Part shown: positions 36,561 to 50,029 of the stretch, piece after piece
Position numbering within the stretch: the stretch's first letter is position 1
Layout: each line of letters opens with the position of its first letter
NCBI RefSeq assembly: GCF_006345805.1
Contig: NC_043022.1
Span: 10,664,001-10,728,000, forward strand
From: Octopus sinensis
Lineage: Eukaryota
DNA length: 64,000 nt
Direction: 5' to 3'
Translations under genes and position numbers: made by a program
The notes under the pieces: model-generated
The model's input: only the letters and a program-made list of their open reading frames with translations
Database searches by the model: none
What the model was told of the DNA's origin: nothing

Positions 36561-39500
36561 ATATATATATAAATACATCATAGAGATATATTCTTTTACT
36601 GATTCAGAGATTGTACTGTGGCCATACTGGGGCACCACCCTCAAGAGTTGTTTTAGGTTAATCACTTCAACTTCAGGACTTTTTGTAGGACCCTATCTAT
36701 ACAGCTGCTATGTTATGAGACATCAAGTGATACAAAAATAAACAATAACAACATCAGCATTTTTAGACTGGTACTTTCCATCCACCAAATACTGGTTGAC
36801 TCAAGGTTTTAGTAAAAGATACCCCAGGTGGATGCAGTGAGATTGAATGTAGATGTGACAACTAAAGAAGTAAATCTCAGTATTGTTGGAAATAGAGGAC
36901 TCTATTTATTGAATGATACAATTATAGAGACTCACATACTGGACTTTAAGTTTCTGTGCCAACAATTCAGTGATCATAGCACTTCTTCAGCTGTTATAAA
37001 TCTGCTGTCCATGGTGCCATCAGTTACAGACAAGATATTCACAAATTACCAAGTTTTGAATGTATCTGTATCATTCAATATATATATATATATACGAGCA
37101 CTATGACCCTGCAATGCCGGGTCATAGTGCTAGTACATGCATATACAGCTACTTGCGTGTGTACATACACGCGAGTACTGTTCAAATCTCTGACCAATCA
37201 CATACAGCTAGCTGGCATTCAATTGGCGTATCAAGTTTCGGGCATTTTGATTTGGTTTTGGATAGAAAATTCACAAAAAAGTCACTTCAGTAACTTTGAA
37301 GTTTTGATCAGTTAAGCCATTGTTGGACACAAGTATGTGTGCGTATTTGCTTGTTTGCAAGTGTGTGGGTTTATATATAATTATATATACACAAATATTT
37401 AATTGTTATCAACATATCCATTCAGATTGTCCAGCAAGAAACTGGAGAACTCTCAACTGTCAACTACAGCTGTAGAATCCACAATATATGTACATGTATA
37501 AAAGTTTATATATGTGTGTGTACACATGTGTAGGTTTATAAACGTGTGTGTACATGTGTATTCTTTTACTTGTTTCAGCTATGTGACTGGGTTCATGCTG
37601 GAGCACCACATATGTATACATTTGTTTATACATGTGTGTGTGTGTTTATATATTCATATACATGTGTGTGTTTATATGTTCATATACATTTCTATGTGTA
37701 TATGTGCATATGTTTATGTATATACATATGTGTGTGTATGATGATAAGTTGTGTACTTCGTTGGTAATCACAATTTCAAACACTTACAATATGGAAACAG
37801 TTTTTCGTAATTTAGATTCCATCGATCCTTTTTTTTTACATTAGACCTTTGTATATTTATTTAAATTAGATACCTAAAATCAAAGGTGGTGGTTATTGTT
37901 GTTGTTAAGGTGGTGGAATCGTTAGCACACCAGGCTAAATGCTTATTGGCATTTTGTCCTTCTTTACATTTTGGGTTCAAATTCTACCGAGATCAATTTT
38001 GCCTTGCATCCTTTCGGGGTCAATAAAATATGTACCAGTTGTACACTGGGGTTGATGTAATTAATTCATCCCCATCTTCCCCAAGCTGCTTTTGTAGCAA
38101 AAATTTGAAATAATAATAATTATTATTAAGGTGGCAAGCTGGCAGAATTGTTAGCACACAAGGCAAAATGCTTAGCAGTGTTTTGTCTGTCTTTACGTTC
38201 TGGGTTCATATTTTGCCAAGGTCAACTTTGCCTTTAATCCTTTTGGGGTCAATAAAATAAGTACCAGGTGAGTACTGGGGTCGATGTAATAAACTGTAGT
38301 CTCTTTCCACCAAATTACAAGCCTTGTGCCTATAGTAGAAAGGATTATTATTATTATTAGTAGTAGTAGTATCATTATTATTAAAGGCAGCGAGCAAGCA
38401 GCATCTACTCCGGATAAAATTCTTAGTGGCATTTAGAAAGAATTATTATTATTGTTAGAGAAGACCCGGCAAGCCAAGTGAGACCATAACCGTGGCCTAT
38501 GCCAGTGCTGTATAACCAGCCCATTTAAGAGCACCCTTCAATCATTGGATAATAAACTACGAAGACCTGTTGAGGCAAGTGAAATTGGTGTCGTGGCTGA
38601 TGATAGTACCACTTGATTGGCACCCGTGCCAGTGGAATGTTAAAAGCACCATTCAAGCATGATTTTGCCAGGGTCACTGACTGGCTCACGTGCTGATGGT
38701 ACGTAAAAAGTACCATTCGAGCGTGATTGTTGCCAGCGTTGCCTGACTGGCTCCTGTGCCAGTGGCATGTAAAAAACAACATTTGAGCACGGGCATTGCT
38801 AGTACCGCTGGATTGGATCTTGTGCAGGTGGCACCTAAAAAGCACATTTGAGTGTGGTCAGTGCCAGTACCGCCTGATTAGCCCTTGTACTGGTGGCACG
38901 TAAAAAGCACCCACTTCACTCTTGGAGTGATTGGCTTTAGGAAGGGCTACCAGCAGTAGAAACTTTGCCAGATCAGATTGGAGCCTGGTGCAGCCTACTG
39001 GTTTGCCAGTCCCCAGTCAAACCGTCCAACCCATGCCAGCATGGAAAGCAGACATTAAACAATGCTGATGACAACAACAAAGATGATGATGGTAGCAAGC
39101 TGGCAGAATCATTAGCATGCTGGGCAAAATACTTAGTAGCTTTTCATTTGTTTTTGTGTTCTGAGTTCAAATTCTGCTGACATCAACTTTGTCTTTCATC
39201 TCTTTGGGGATGTAATTGAATATCCCCCACCCTCCCCCCAAATTTCAGGCCTTGTGTCTAAAGTAGAAAGGATGACGATTGTTATTATTTTTGAGAACAT
39301 TTTTATAAACAAACTGAAACACTCAGGGATTTGGTATTTTACAGAAAATAAAGAAAATCTCAAACAGAGAGTAGCTGTGAAAGCAGCTAAAAAGATTGTG
39401 TAAATACCCTTAGAAGCCACTACAGAGAATCGAACCTTGTATCTCTTCCTAGCTGGAATTTGAGAGGCAGCTTGCTGGCCACTTTTTCTGTCTTCTAAGG

Positions 39501-40261
39501 GTATTCATCCTATATTCTAAGATGTTTGCGCAGTTATTCCGCAGTCAAGATTTACTTTATTTTCTGTAAAATTATTATTATTGTTAATCATTTCCTATTA
39601 AAACCTAATCAGCAATATTGATCAAAAATCAATTGGACAAGAAGGCTGCCAGTTGAAATCTTGATGTTTAAACAACTCATCGTTGTAAGAAGCTGCAGCT
39701 ATGCAAATTTATTGAGCAACCCGTAGGTTCTGCAAAACTAGCTTGCAATTTCCACCTAGGAGAAGCTTTCACCTGTGTGCACGGGCGTTTTTATCAATAT
39801 CAGTAATACTGCTTTCAAATTTTGGCACAAGGCCAGCAATTTCGGAAGAAGAGGTAAGTCAATTACATCGACCCCAGTACTCAACTGGTATATTTATTTT
39901 ATCGACTCCAAAAGGATGAAGGGCAAAATCACTTCCTGCAGAATTTGAACTTGAGAACTTAAAGACAGGTGGAATGCTGCTAAGCATTTTTTCCCAGTGT
40001 GTTAACGATTCTGTCAGCGTTCAGCTTTATTTTGACCAGAAATATTGGTTTAAAATTTTGGCATAAGGTCAGCACGTTCAAGGAAGGGCAAAAGTCAATT
40101 ACATCGATCCCCCAACATTCAACTGGTGCTTATTTTATCAGACATGAAAGGCAAAGTCAACCTTGGTAGAGTTTGAACTCAGAACATAAAGATGGACGAA
40201 ATGCAGTAACAATTCTGCCAGTTCAGCACCTTACAATATCAGTAACACTAGTCATGTCAAT

Positions 40262-40600
40262 CATATACTTTTAGTCATCATCATCATTTTATGTCCAGTT
40301 TTTCTTCACTTGCATATTTTGGATGCAAGTGTAGTTTTCCAGCACGCCATCTTGCTACGTCACAGTTCTTATCCTCTACTTTTTGAGGTTCAACAACCCG
40401 AGGGCAGCCTTCATTACTTCTTCCCATGCCCTCCACTTCTGTTATGTCAACTTGGATTGCTTGGCACTTCTTCATCTCATTGTCAGTCTTCATCTACATC
40501 ACACATCTGAACCAACACACTGCCCCCACTCCTTGCACATTCCACCTGATGCCTTTTACACCCAGTTTTTCTCTCGACCCATTTGTGTCCTGCCATTCAT
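40262..40600 (-). mobile_element. RTE LINE 3' fragment
   Basis: Degenerate purine-rich minus strand with a GRS/EGCPR-like remnant of the GRPR motif and a (GAT)n tail. Confidence 0.45.
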
Positions 40601-40919
40601 TAATTCATACACACTGGCATTTACACATCATCATATATATATATGTGTGTGTGTGTGTGTATGTATATATATGTATTTATGTGTGTGTGTTTGTGTTTCT
40701 TCCCCCCTCCTCATCACTTGACAATTGATGCTGGTGTGTTTATGTCTTTGTAACTTAGCAGTTTGGCAAAAGGGGCCGATAGAATAAGTACTAGGCTTAT
40801 AAAGAATAAGTCCTGGAGTCAATTTCTTTGATTAAAATCCTCTAAGGCAGTGCTCCAACTTGGCCACAGTCAAGTGATTGAAATAAGTAAAAGAATAAAA
40901 GAATATATATATATATGTA

Positions 40920-41140
40920 TGTGTACAAAGTTAATCCAAACATGAAAACACAAAGAGAAAACACAACAACGCGAGGACGTGGAACAAATATAGTATTATT
41001 GGATGCTCAGGAAGGAAGGGAAGAAGGAGGGTTTAACGTTTTGAGCGGAGCTCTTCGTCGGAAAGATAGGAGAAGGAAAGATCCAGAGGAGGGAAGACAG
41101 AGGAAAAAAAATCGCCAACAGTACACACACGGTCACATAT
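40920..41140 (-). mobile_element. Penelope-like terminal-repeat fragment with a degenerate hammerhead-like motif
   Basis: Minus strand reads TTT-CCGACGA-A-GAGC-TCC-GCTC-AAAAC-GTT-AAA (41031-41065). Confidence 0.4.
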
Positions 41141-41789
41141 AACAACGTATGAGTGTTTGGGGTCACCAAATATATTTGACAGATGTGGTTCCATTTGTAG
41201 AGCACAGATGAAATGTTAGTTGATGTACAAATAACGGTTTTTGTTCTGCCTTGGGTTGTTATTTGTAGATGGTCACAAGTAGGATGAGACAGCGTAATAG
41301 CAGCATTGAAGAGAAAAGAATAATATTCACAGATCCATATGCTGACAGTGGTTAGTAACAGAGACACATTAGTAATTGTAGTGGCAATGACAATGTGTTG
41401 CTCATGGGCTTTTAGCTGTGTGCTGGAAGCTGTGCATGGAAGCCAAGTTACACACTGTTGACAGAGAAGAAGAAAGAGTGAGAATTGCTTTGTTCTTTTC
41501 ATTCAGTTGATGCCCCTGGTTAGCCGACTGAAAACCAAAGAGAGATAGAAGCAAGCCCTTCAATCAGTTATATAAGGTTTGGTCAGGAAGTCAGTCGAAC
41601 TTAAAACAATGGATTGATCTTTCTCCAAACACTGAAGGTCTTTAGAGGTCAGGTGTTTCTCATTAATCACCCTACATCAAGACTAAACACAAGGGATCAG
41701 ATATTTTTCTGACAAGCAACAAGTGTGAGGATTCAGTTTCGAATCTTAAGCTTAATAGAAGAAAACAATTTCCTACATATGTGTGTGTA

Positions 41790-41838
<49 letters not shown>

Positions 41839-42504
41839 TTTTTTATTATACACATATATATATAGCGGTGTACGTGCACTTTGGTGTACATATATATATG
41901 TAAGTATATATGTGTGTGTATGTATATATATATATATATATATATTTATAGACATACACACACATGTGCATGCACACACACACACACTGGAAAATTTGTG
42001 AAATCCTTGGTACAGTTAGTCATCTTTGAAAAAGGAAAAGAATGGCTTCACTGGCAGTTCTAATCAATTTAATTTTCTAATAATATAATTTTATAGTTTG
42101 GTTTTTAGATCTAGATCAAAAAACAAAACAGTAAAATTATATTATTAGAAAATTAAATTGATTAGAACTGCCAGTGAAGCCATTCTTTTCCTTCTTCAAA
42201 TATATATATTTATATACATATACATATATATTTATATATACATATATATCTATATACATATACATACATATATATATATACACACATACATACATTTATA
42301 TTATTTTATTTTATCTAGTTTCAGCTCACGAACTGTGGCCATGCTGGGGCACCGCCATTCACATATATATATACATACATATATATGCACACACAAACAC
42401 ATCCATACACACACAAACACACACACACACACATATATAGATATAGATATATACATTTACATATGATCACTACCAGAACTAGAGAAGAAATTTGAGGTGT
42501 GGAA

Positions 42505-43815
42505 GTAAGGTCTAGAACCAAAGGGCCTTAGAGTTAACTTAGTAAAAACCAAAGTCTTAATAAGTAGGAAAGCAGATAAATCACAAATCCCTTCAAGTGG
42601 ATGGCCCTGCTTGTTCTGTCAGAAAGGCGTAGGTAAAAATTCCATAAGACATACCCAGTGTACGCTGGGTTCATCTTATGGAATTTGTTGCAGCAATATC
42701 ACAAGAAGGTTAGCAAGGGAAAAAGTTTTTGTGTTTGGTAGATGCAGAGGTACAATCAACACTATAAATGTTCTGAAAAGGGACTCCATCAAATGCCAGG
42801 GAGGAAAACTGGAAGTAGTTGACAGCTTCCGTTACCTAGGCGACCAAATCAGTAGCTGAGAGTGTATAATAGGTTGGGCAAAATTCAGAGAGCTCCTACC
42901 TCTGTTGGTAACAAAGGGCCCCTCCCTCAGAGTGAAAGGCAAGTTGTAAGATGCCTGTGTATGAACAGCCATGTTATGTGGCAGTGGAACATGGGCTGTG
43001 ACTGCTGAGGACATGCATAGGCTTGAAAGAAATGAAGCTGGTATGCTTTGCTGGATGTGTAATGTTAGTGTGCACGTGCGACAGAGTGTAAGCATCTTGA
43101 AAGAAAAGCTGGCATCAGATGTGGTGTACAAGAGAGATGACTGTGTTGGTACAGTCATGTGATGTGTATGGATGTGGACGGTTGTGTGAAGAAGTTCTGA
43201 TCTCTACCAGTGGAAGAGAGAGACCCAGGAAGACATGGAATAAGGTGATGCATGATCTTCAAATGTTGGGCCTCACCAAGGCAATGACTAGTGACCAAGA
43301 CCTTTGGTTATAATATGCCATGCATGAGAAGACTCATCAAGCCAAGTGAAATCATAGTCACGATCATTACCACCTGTGAAAGCTGTGGTCATTGCCATGT
43401 AACTGGCACCTGTGCTGGTGGCACGTAGAAAGCATCTTTCGAGCACTGGACCTCACAGAGACAACGTGATGCTGATGTCACGTAACTAGCAGCCATGCTG
43501 CTGGCATGTAAAAAGCACCTTCTGAATGCTGGGTCTCAAGGAGGCAATGACAAATGATGTGCTTGAGAAGAGGACCCATGAAGCCAAGTGAAATCATAGT
43601 CGTGACAGGTACTGGTGTAATGCAAACTGACACCCTTGTTGGTGGCATGTAAAAGCACCCATTACACTCTTGGAGTGGTTGGAGTTAGGAAGGGCATCGA
43701 GCTGTAGAAACCATGCCAAAACAGACTGGAGTCTGATGTAGTCCCTCAGCTTACCAGCTCTGGTCAAACCGTTCAATTGATGCCAGCATGGACAACGGAC
43801 ATTAAATGATGATGA
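42505..43815 (+). mobile_element. 5'-truncated RTE-clade LINE (RT C-terminus through 3' UTR)
   Basis: GLRVNLVKTKVLI...LEVVDSFRYLGDQIS, GWAKFRELLPLL, AMLCGSGTWAV...RLERNEAGMLCWMC, RPRKTW, with stops and frameshifts. Continues into the repeat-bearing UTR and ends TTAAATGATGATGAT. Confidence 0.85.
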
Positions 43816-43943
43816 TACATTCATACACACAATACATACATGTATATATATATATACATATATATAATAAATATTAGGGAATGAATCCAAAATTACAGGG
43901 AAAAATCAGATTTAGGGTTAAATCCAATTTTATAGTAAGATAT

Positions 43944-44011
43944 TATATAATATAATTCGAGACAAAACCACTATTTTAAAATAGTGGTTTTGTCTCGAAT
44001 TATATTATATA
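43944..44011. repeat. Perfect 68-bp palindrome (no spacer)
   Basis: Arms meet at TTTT|AAAA (43977/43978) and were checked base by base. Confidence 0.95.
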
Positions 44012-44111
44012 TATATATATATATATGACAATAATAATAATAATAATAGTATGTATAGCCACAAAAGAATGAGACCTCGATATTATGTAAATAGAGGAAT
44101 TTATCTGTAAA

Positions 44112-44356
44112 TGTAATATGTGACAATTATTCGGTAGCCATGATAAAACTCCCAGTTTCTGATGTCGGATTGGAAACCCATGCCGCTATCTCTTGAGTTA
44201 TCCGGCCATCGGAAAAAATGCTATGAAAATGACCATCATTTTCATAGCATTTTTTCCGATGGCCGGATAACTCATGAGATAGCGGCATGGGTTTCCAATC
44301 CGACATCAGAAACTGGGAGTTTTATCATGGCTACTGAATAATTGTCACATATTACA
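44112..44356. repeat. 245-bp near-perfect palindrome (121-bp arms, 3-nt spacer)
   Basis: Left arm 44112-44232, spacer CCA, right arm 44236-44356; two mismatches seen. Confidence 0.95.
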
Positions 44357-44407
44357 ATTACTGATATATATATAATATATATATATATATATAATATATA
44401 TATATAT

Positions 44408-44454
<47 letters not shown>

Positions 44455-45208
44455 ATTTTATGTAAATATCAAACTTGGTACATAAGTACTGACTGAATGA
44501 TATTCTTGCTGTGTATGTAGACAATTAGGGCCAACTGAGTAAAGAAATCCACTCTTGGACTATTCAGACTTATATGAAATAGACTGTCCAATCATTCCTT
44601 CTCCCTCCTAAAAACTCTAACCTCTAAATTTCTCTGTTCTGATCAAATATTCACTATTCCGGTAAATCCATTCTGTCAACTGAATCACTGTAAATGGTTT
44701 TTGTTCTGCAGATTTTAAACTACGTTAAATCATTTGAAATGTCCATTTTTTTGTTGAAGTTCATGAATTCATCTGATGAAAAACGGTTTCCTTACAATGG
44801 TGTAATGTTTTCATTAATCAATTACAGGAGTCATTAGAAACAGCCATAATGGATTGACACCTTTACCTCTACTGTTATTCATTTATATTTTATGTGTGTG
44901 TATGTGTATGTGTGTGTCTGTGTGTGTGTGTGTATGATGAACCTCTAAGTTATGGGAATGTAAACAAACCTACATAATTATCAAACAGTGATGAGGACAA
45001 ACACAAAGACACACACACACACACACGCACATGTATATATACAACAGGCTTTCTCAAATTCACTTACAAAGCATTGATTGACCCAGGGCTATAGCAGAAG
45101 ACACCTGGCCAAGATGTGCAGTGGGACTAAAACCCAAAACCCTGCTAGTTGCAAAACAAGCTTACTGACTACATACTCACCTATGCCTTTACCATTCAAA
45201 TTTTGTCT

Positions 45209-45414
45209 CCCTTTTGACACCAACCCGGCTGAAACCGCCTCTGGCTCTGTGATACAAATGTCTTAATTAATATCTTCCACCAAACCTTAGTCACAATTTA
45301 TGTTCCTAACACTAGCTGAATGATAACCAAGTTATTTTATTAAATTCTTTGTTTTATTTTAAATTAACTGAAAGAAACACAGAGCATCTCAACAGAAATA
45401 TGGTAACAAAAGGG
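45209..45414. mobile_element. piggyBac-type MITE
   Basis: CCCTTTTGACACCA...TGGTAACAAAAGGG followed by TTAA. Confidence 0.65.
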
Positions 45415-45418
45415 TTAA

Positions 45419-45938
45419 CCTCTTGACGACAGTATTACCCGAAGCATGCGAGACACTGCTCTGGTTTTTTCATCTAATGAGGCCACACAAACACACGAGT
45501 GCCAACGAGCTCGCGTCTATTTACGTTCACCGTTACAATAACATAGCGTCGTGCATTTACGTCAACCGGTTTACGAAAGCGAAGTACGTGAAGCTATTTA
45601 TCATGATATGATGTGCACGAGTTATTCTGCTCAAGTTCAAAAAATAGCTTGTGTGGTACAACTCAAAACACGGTATTTATGCATGTAAAGAACCCGCATG
45701 TCGTTGGTCCGCTGCTAGTCTCATAACTTGAACGGAACTCAAATTGGCTAAGATAATGCATGGGACGGCGAGTGCGCGCACCTCAAGATATAAAGTACAC
45801 GATAGTGAACGTAAACGTACGTCAGTCACTAAAAAGTCCGTGATAGATGTAGGGCAGCTCTACATCGTATATTTACGTTAACCGCGGGTAGGCAAGCAAA
45901 AGTGTGATCGTATATTTGAGTCAACCGTTGTCAAGGGG
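45419..45938. mobile_element. CpG-rich piggyBac-type non-autonomous element
   Basis: TTAA at 45415-18 and 45939-42; TIRs CCTCTTGACGAC / GTTGTCAAGGGG. Confidence 0.75.
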
Positions 45939-46287
45939 TTAATCCAAACTCTTATTAATCACCAGAAGAATAAAAACTGAAGTTATCCATGGTGGTGTTC
46001 AAACTCAGAACATAAAGAGTTGAAACCAAATGCTGTAAGACATGTAGTCTGGTGCTACACGTTTAAAGAGAAAGGGAGAGAAAAAAATGGAACACATTTT
46101 TTAATCCTTAAATCCAAGAACATAGTTTAGTTTGAGAGTGTTTTTTTTATTTCCTTTCATACTGGTGGGGAAGATGTGTGTATATATACATACATACATA
46201 CATATATACATGCATACACACATACATATATACACACACATACATATACACACACACACATATATATATATATACATATGTATATAT

Positions 46288-46322
<35 letters not shown>

Positions 46323-47606
46323 AATACACACACTCACACACACACACATATATATATAAATACACACACACACACACACACACACACAACACACACACAC
46401 ACACATATAAATACACACACACATATCAGTAATTCCCTCTAGAGAGATGTGCATGCAACACAATCTTCATTTCCTGCTTATTCTGTGTAAATATTGGGTC
46501 TTGGGAATCTGCAAGAAATCATCATCATCATTATTATCATCTCATTATTATTATTATTATTGGGTATCGGATTGGTAGAATGTTTAGAGAGTGTTGGACT
46601 TGGGAGTATTTTAAGTGGCTGCCTTTTATGTTCCCGGTTCAAATTCCACCAAGGTCAAGTTTGCCTTTCATCTTTTCAGGACCAATAAAATAAGAACCAG
46701 CCTGGAGTTGATATAATCACCCCCTTTAAGCACTTGAGGTTTTTATAACCACCCCTGCCCCAATATTAAAATTTTTGGCTTTGTGCCTATGTAAAAAAAT
46801 CCTTATTATGGTTATTGTTATTGGTGGAATTGTTAGCACACTTGGCAAAATGCTTTGCAAAATATTTTGTCTGTCTTTATGTTTTGAATTCAAATTCCGC
46901 TGAGGTCGATTTTGCCTTTCATTCTTTCAGGTTCGATAGAATAAGTACTAGTCAAGCACTGGGGTCAATGTAAATGACTTGTCTCGCCACCCCAAAATTC
47001 AGGCCTTGTTTCTATAGTAGAAAGGGTTTTTATTATTGTTATTATTATTGACAAAATTTCAAATTCCACAGAGGTTGACTTTGCCTTTCATCCTTTCGGG
47101 TGTCAATAAATTAAGTACCAGCGAGACACTGGGGTCGATGTAATCGACTAATTCCCTCCGACCGAATTTTAGGCCTTGTGCTTTTAGTAGAAAGGATTGT
47201 TAGTGTTAGAATCATTAGCATGCTAGACAAAATGCATTGTGACATTTTGTCTGGCTTTACGTTCAAATACCACCCAGGTCGACTTTACCTTTCATTCTTT
47301 CAGGGTTGATAAAATATGTACCATTTGAGCGCTGGCATCTTTGTAATCAGAAAAAAAAAAGAAATTGCCGGCCTTGTGCTAAAATTTGAAACCTTTACTA
47401 CTAACTTATGAATGGATATGTGATTATGAAGTTTAGTTTGCAACCACACATTTCTAGGTTCAATCCCACCGCAAGGCACTTTGAACAAGTGTCTTCTACA
47501 GAACTATAGAAAGCAAAGGGCTATAGTTAAATACCATAAAGTATTTTGAGTTTCTATGTACTGGCCTTCCATTTTATTTTAGTTTATCATTTGAATCTTC
47601 TACTAT

Positions 47607-47800
47607 AATAGAATTATAATAAATTATAATAGAATTATAATAAATTATAATAGAATTATAATAAATTATAATAGAATTATAGTAAATCATAATAGAATTA
47701 TAATAAATTATAATAATAGAATTATAGTAAATTATAATAGAATTATAATAAATTATAGTAGAATTATAATAAATTATAATAATAGAATTATAATCTTATA
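47607..47800. repeat. AATTATAAT(AG) minisatellite
   Basis: Direct reading. Confidence 0.9.
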
Positions 47801-48469
47801 ATACTGTTTGTTCCTCCATTACTTAGCCTGTCCATAATGCTTCCATGTGATTAGTTAAAGGGGGAGAGGAGGAGGGAGATGGTGGTGAGTGAAATGTGTA
47901 ATTTTTTTTTAATCAAGCTTTTTTCTCCGTTATTTGGTCCATCTGTAACGCTTTCACATGATTAGTTGAAGGGAAAGGCAAAGAACAAAAGAAACAGGAG
48001 AGAGAAAAAGAGGGTAAAGCGAAGAGTGAGAGAGAAAGAGGGAAAGTGCTGAGTATTATGTCTATAAAATTGTGCATGAAGTATATAAAATGTATACATA
48101 AAGTGCATTAAGTAATCCTCATATTCCAATTTCCTTCACTTTTCAATGATTAGAAGATGTGCAATAATTATCTTTTGATGCTGACATAACACAAGCTACA
48201 CTTTCAGGTTTTGGGGGAAAAAGTTTTCAGAAATAACCCAATAAGTTTACCATCAATTCTGTGAAATATTCACGGGTCCCACTGGTAAATTATAATTGTA
48301 TTATAATTCTGTTCCATGGTATTTTATATGAATATCAAACTGACCCTACAAGTATTTGATTGGTGCTATATTTTATCAACCCCTGAAGGATGGAAAGTAA
48401 AGTTGACTTTAGTTGCAACAGAACTTGGAATATAAAAGGTTGTAAAATATGTTTTGTTTTTGATTGTTC

Positions 48470-48770
48470 CTTCTCGAGCCACTTGCCTGGCTCATAAGTG
48501 CCAGTTTCCCGGTTTCCTCGACGTATAGGTTTCCCATCTGGACGAGACATCTGTCTGTTGCAGGTGAGCTGCAAGCTGCAGGAGGAAAGAGTGAGAGAAA
48601 GTTGTGGTGAGAGAGTCAACAGAAGTTTGCCATTACCTTCTGCCAGAGCTGTGTGGAGCTTAGGTGTTTTGCTCATAAACACACACATCGCCCGGTCTGA
48701 GATTCGAACCCGCTATCCCTCGACCGTGAGTCTGTATCTCTAACCACTAGGCCATGTGCCTCCACTTGTA
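48470..48770 (-). mobile_element. tRNA-derived SINE (family E)
   Basis: Minus strand reads GGAGGCACATGGCCTAGTGGTTAGAG...GGTTCGAATCTCAG; homologous to 8790-9075. Confidence 0.75.
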
Positions 48771-49434
48771 AATATATACTACCATATATTTTGTCCAAAG
48801 CACTGATAATTCTGTTGATCACCCTCAAAATGCTTGATGACATAAAAAATACATTTTTTTTACCTGTTTCAGCAATTAGGCTGTGGCCATGCTGGGGCAC
48901 TGCCTTGAAGAATTTTTAGTTGAATGAATCAACTCTATTACTTTACTTTTTTGTTTTGGTCTCTTTTGCCAAACAGCTAAGTTATGGGAGCATAAACCCA
49001 CCAACACTGGTTGTGAAGCAGTGGTGGTGGTGGGGGGGACAAACGCAGACATGAAGACACACACACACGATGAGCTTCTTTCAATTTCCATCTACCAATT
49101 CCACTCACAAGGCTTTGGTCAGTTGTAGTAGAAGACACTTGCCCAAGGTACCATGCAGTGGGGACTGAACCTGGAACCATGTGATTGGGAAGCAAGCTTG
49201 TTACCACACAGCCATATCTGAGCATATTAGATGTACACTAATTTCAGTTGCACATATTCATGAATTAAACATTTTTAGTGAATTAAAGCATGTAATATAG
49301 GTGCAAATTTACATGTAAGGACCCAGGGTGATATTTTTGAGACATTTTGGTGGGAGAAATGCACCTTATATGTTAAATACAGGGTGGTCCAAAAGTCATG
49401 CACCAAAACAGTTGAACATTATATTTATATTACC

Positions 49435-49475
<41 letters not shown>

Positions 49476-50029
49476 GAGTGAGAGAGCAGTTCATGCCATC
49501 AAAGTGACACTGGGGTAAAACATACGAAGCCCAGTATACCCATCATGACTACCCGTCTGATAAAGGTACACCAGGCACATGCATCACAACCATATGTGCG
49601 CGACATGGTGATCTCATATCAAGATAAACAGCACATGACCTTGCAGGTGGGGCCCAGTTAGAATTTTCTTCAGGTTGAGTAGCCCATCCCGCTCAAACGG
49701 TCCCTGAATAAGGGTTGTTTAAGGATGTTGAAAGAACCACCCATGTTTCCAGAGGTGAACTATTCAAACCCCAAAGAATCCCTCTCAACACATGGCTATG
49801 ATGCTCCCCCACTACTTCTGCTCGTGATCAGAGATGCACATATCGTCAGCCACTAAGGGACATGCTCAACTGGTTAAGGTCAAACAACTGACAAGCAAAT
49901 CTGTGGTATTGAGCAGAATATTTGCTGTAGCCCATCTTTTATACCAAGACAAAACAATGTACATGATAACACTTCCAATCAGTTAAGATCAGAAGCCATG
50001 AGAGCCACTGCCTGGTACTGCATCAGGGC

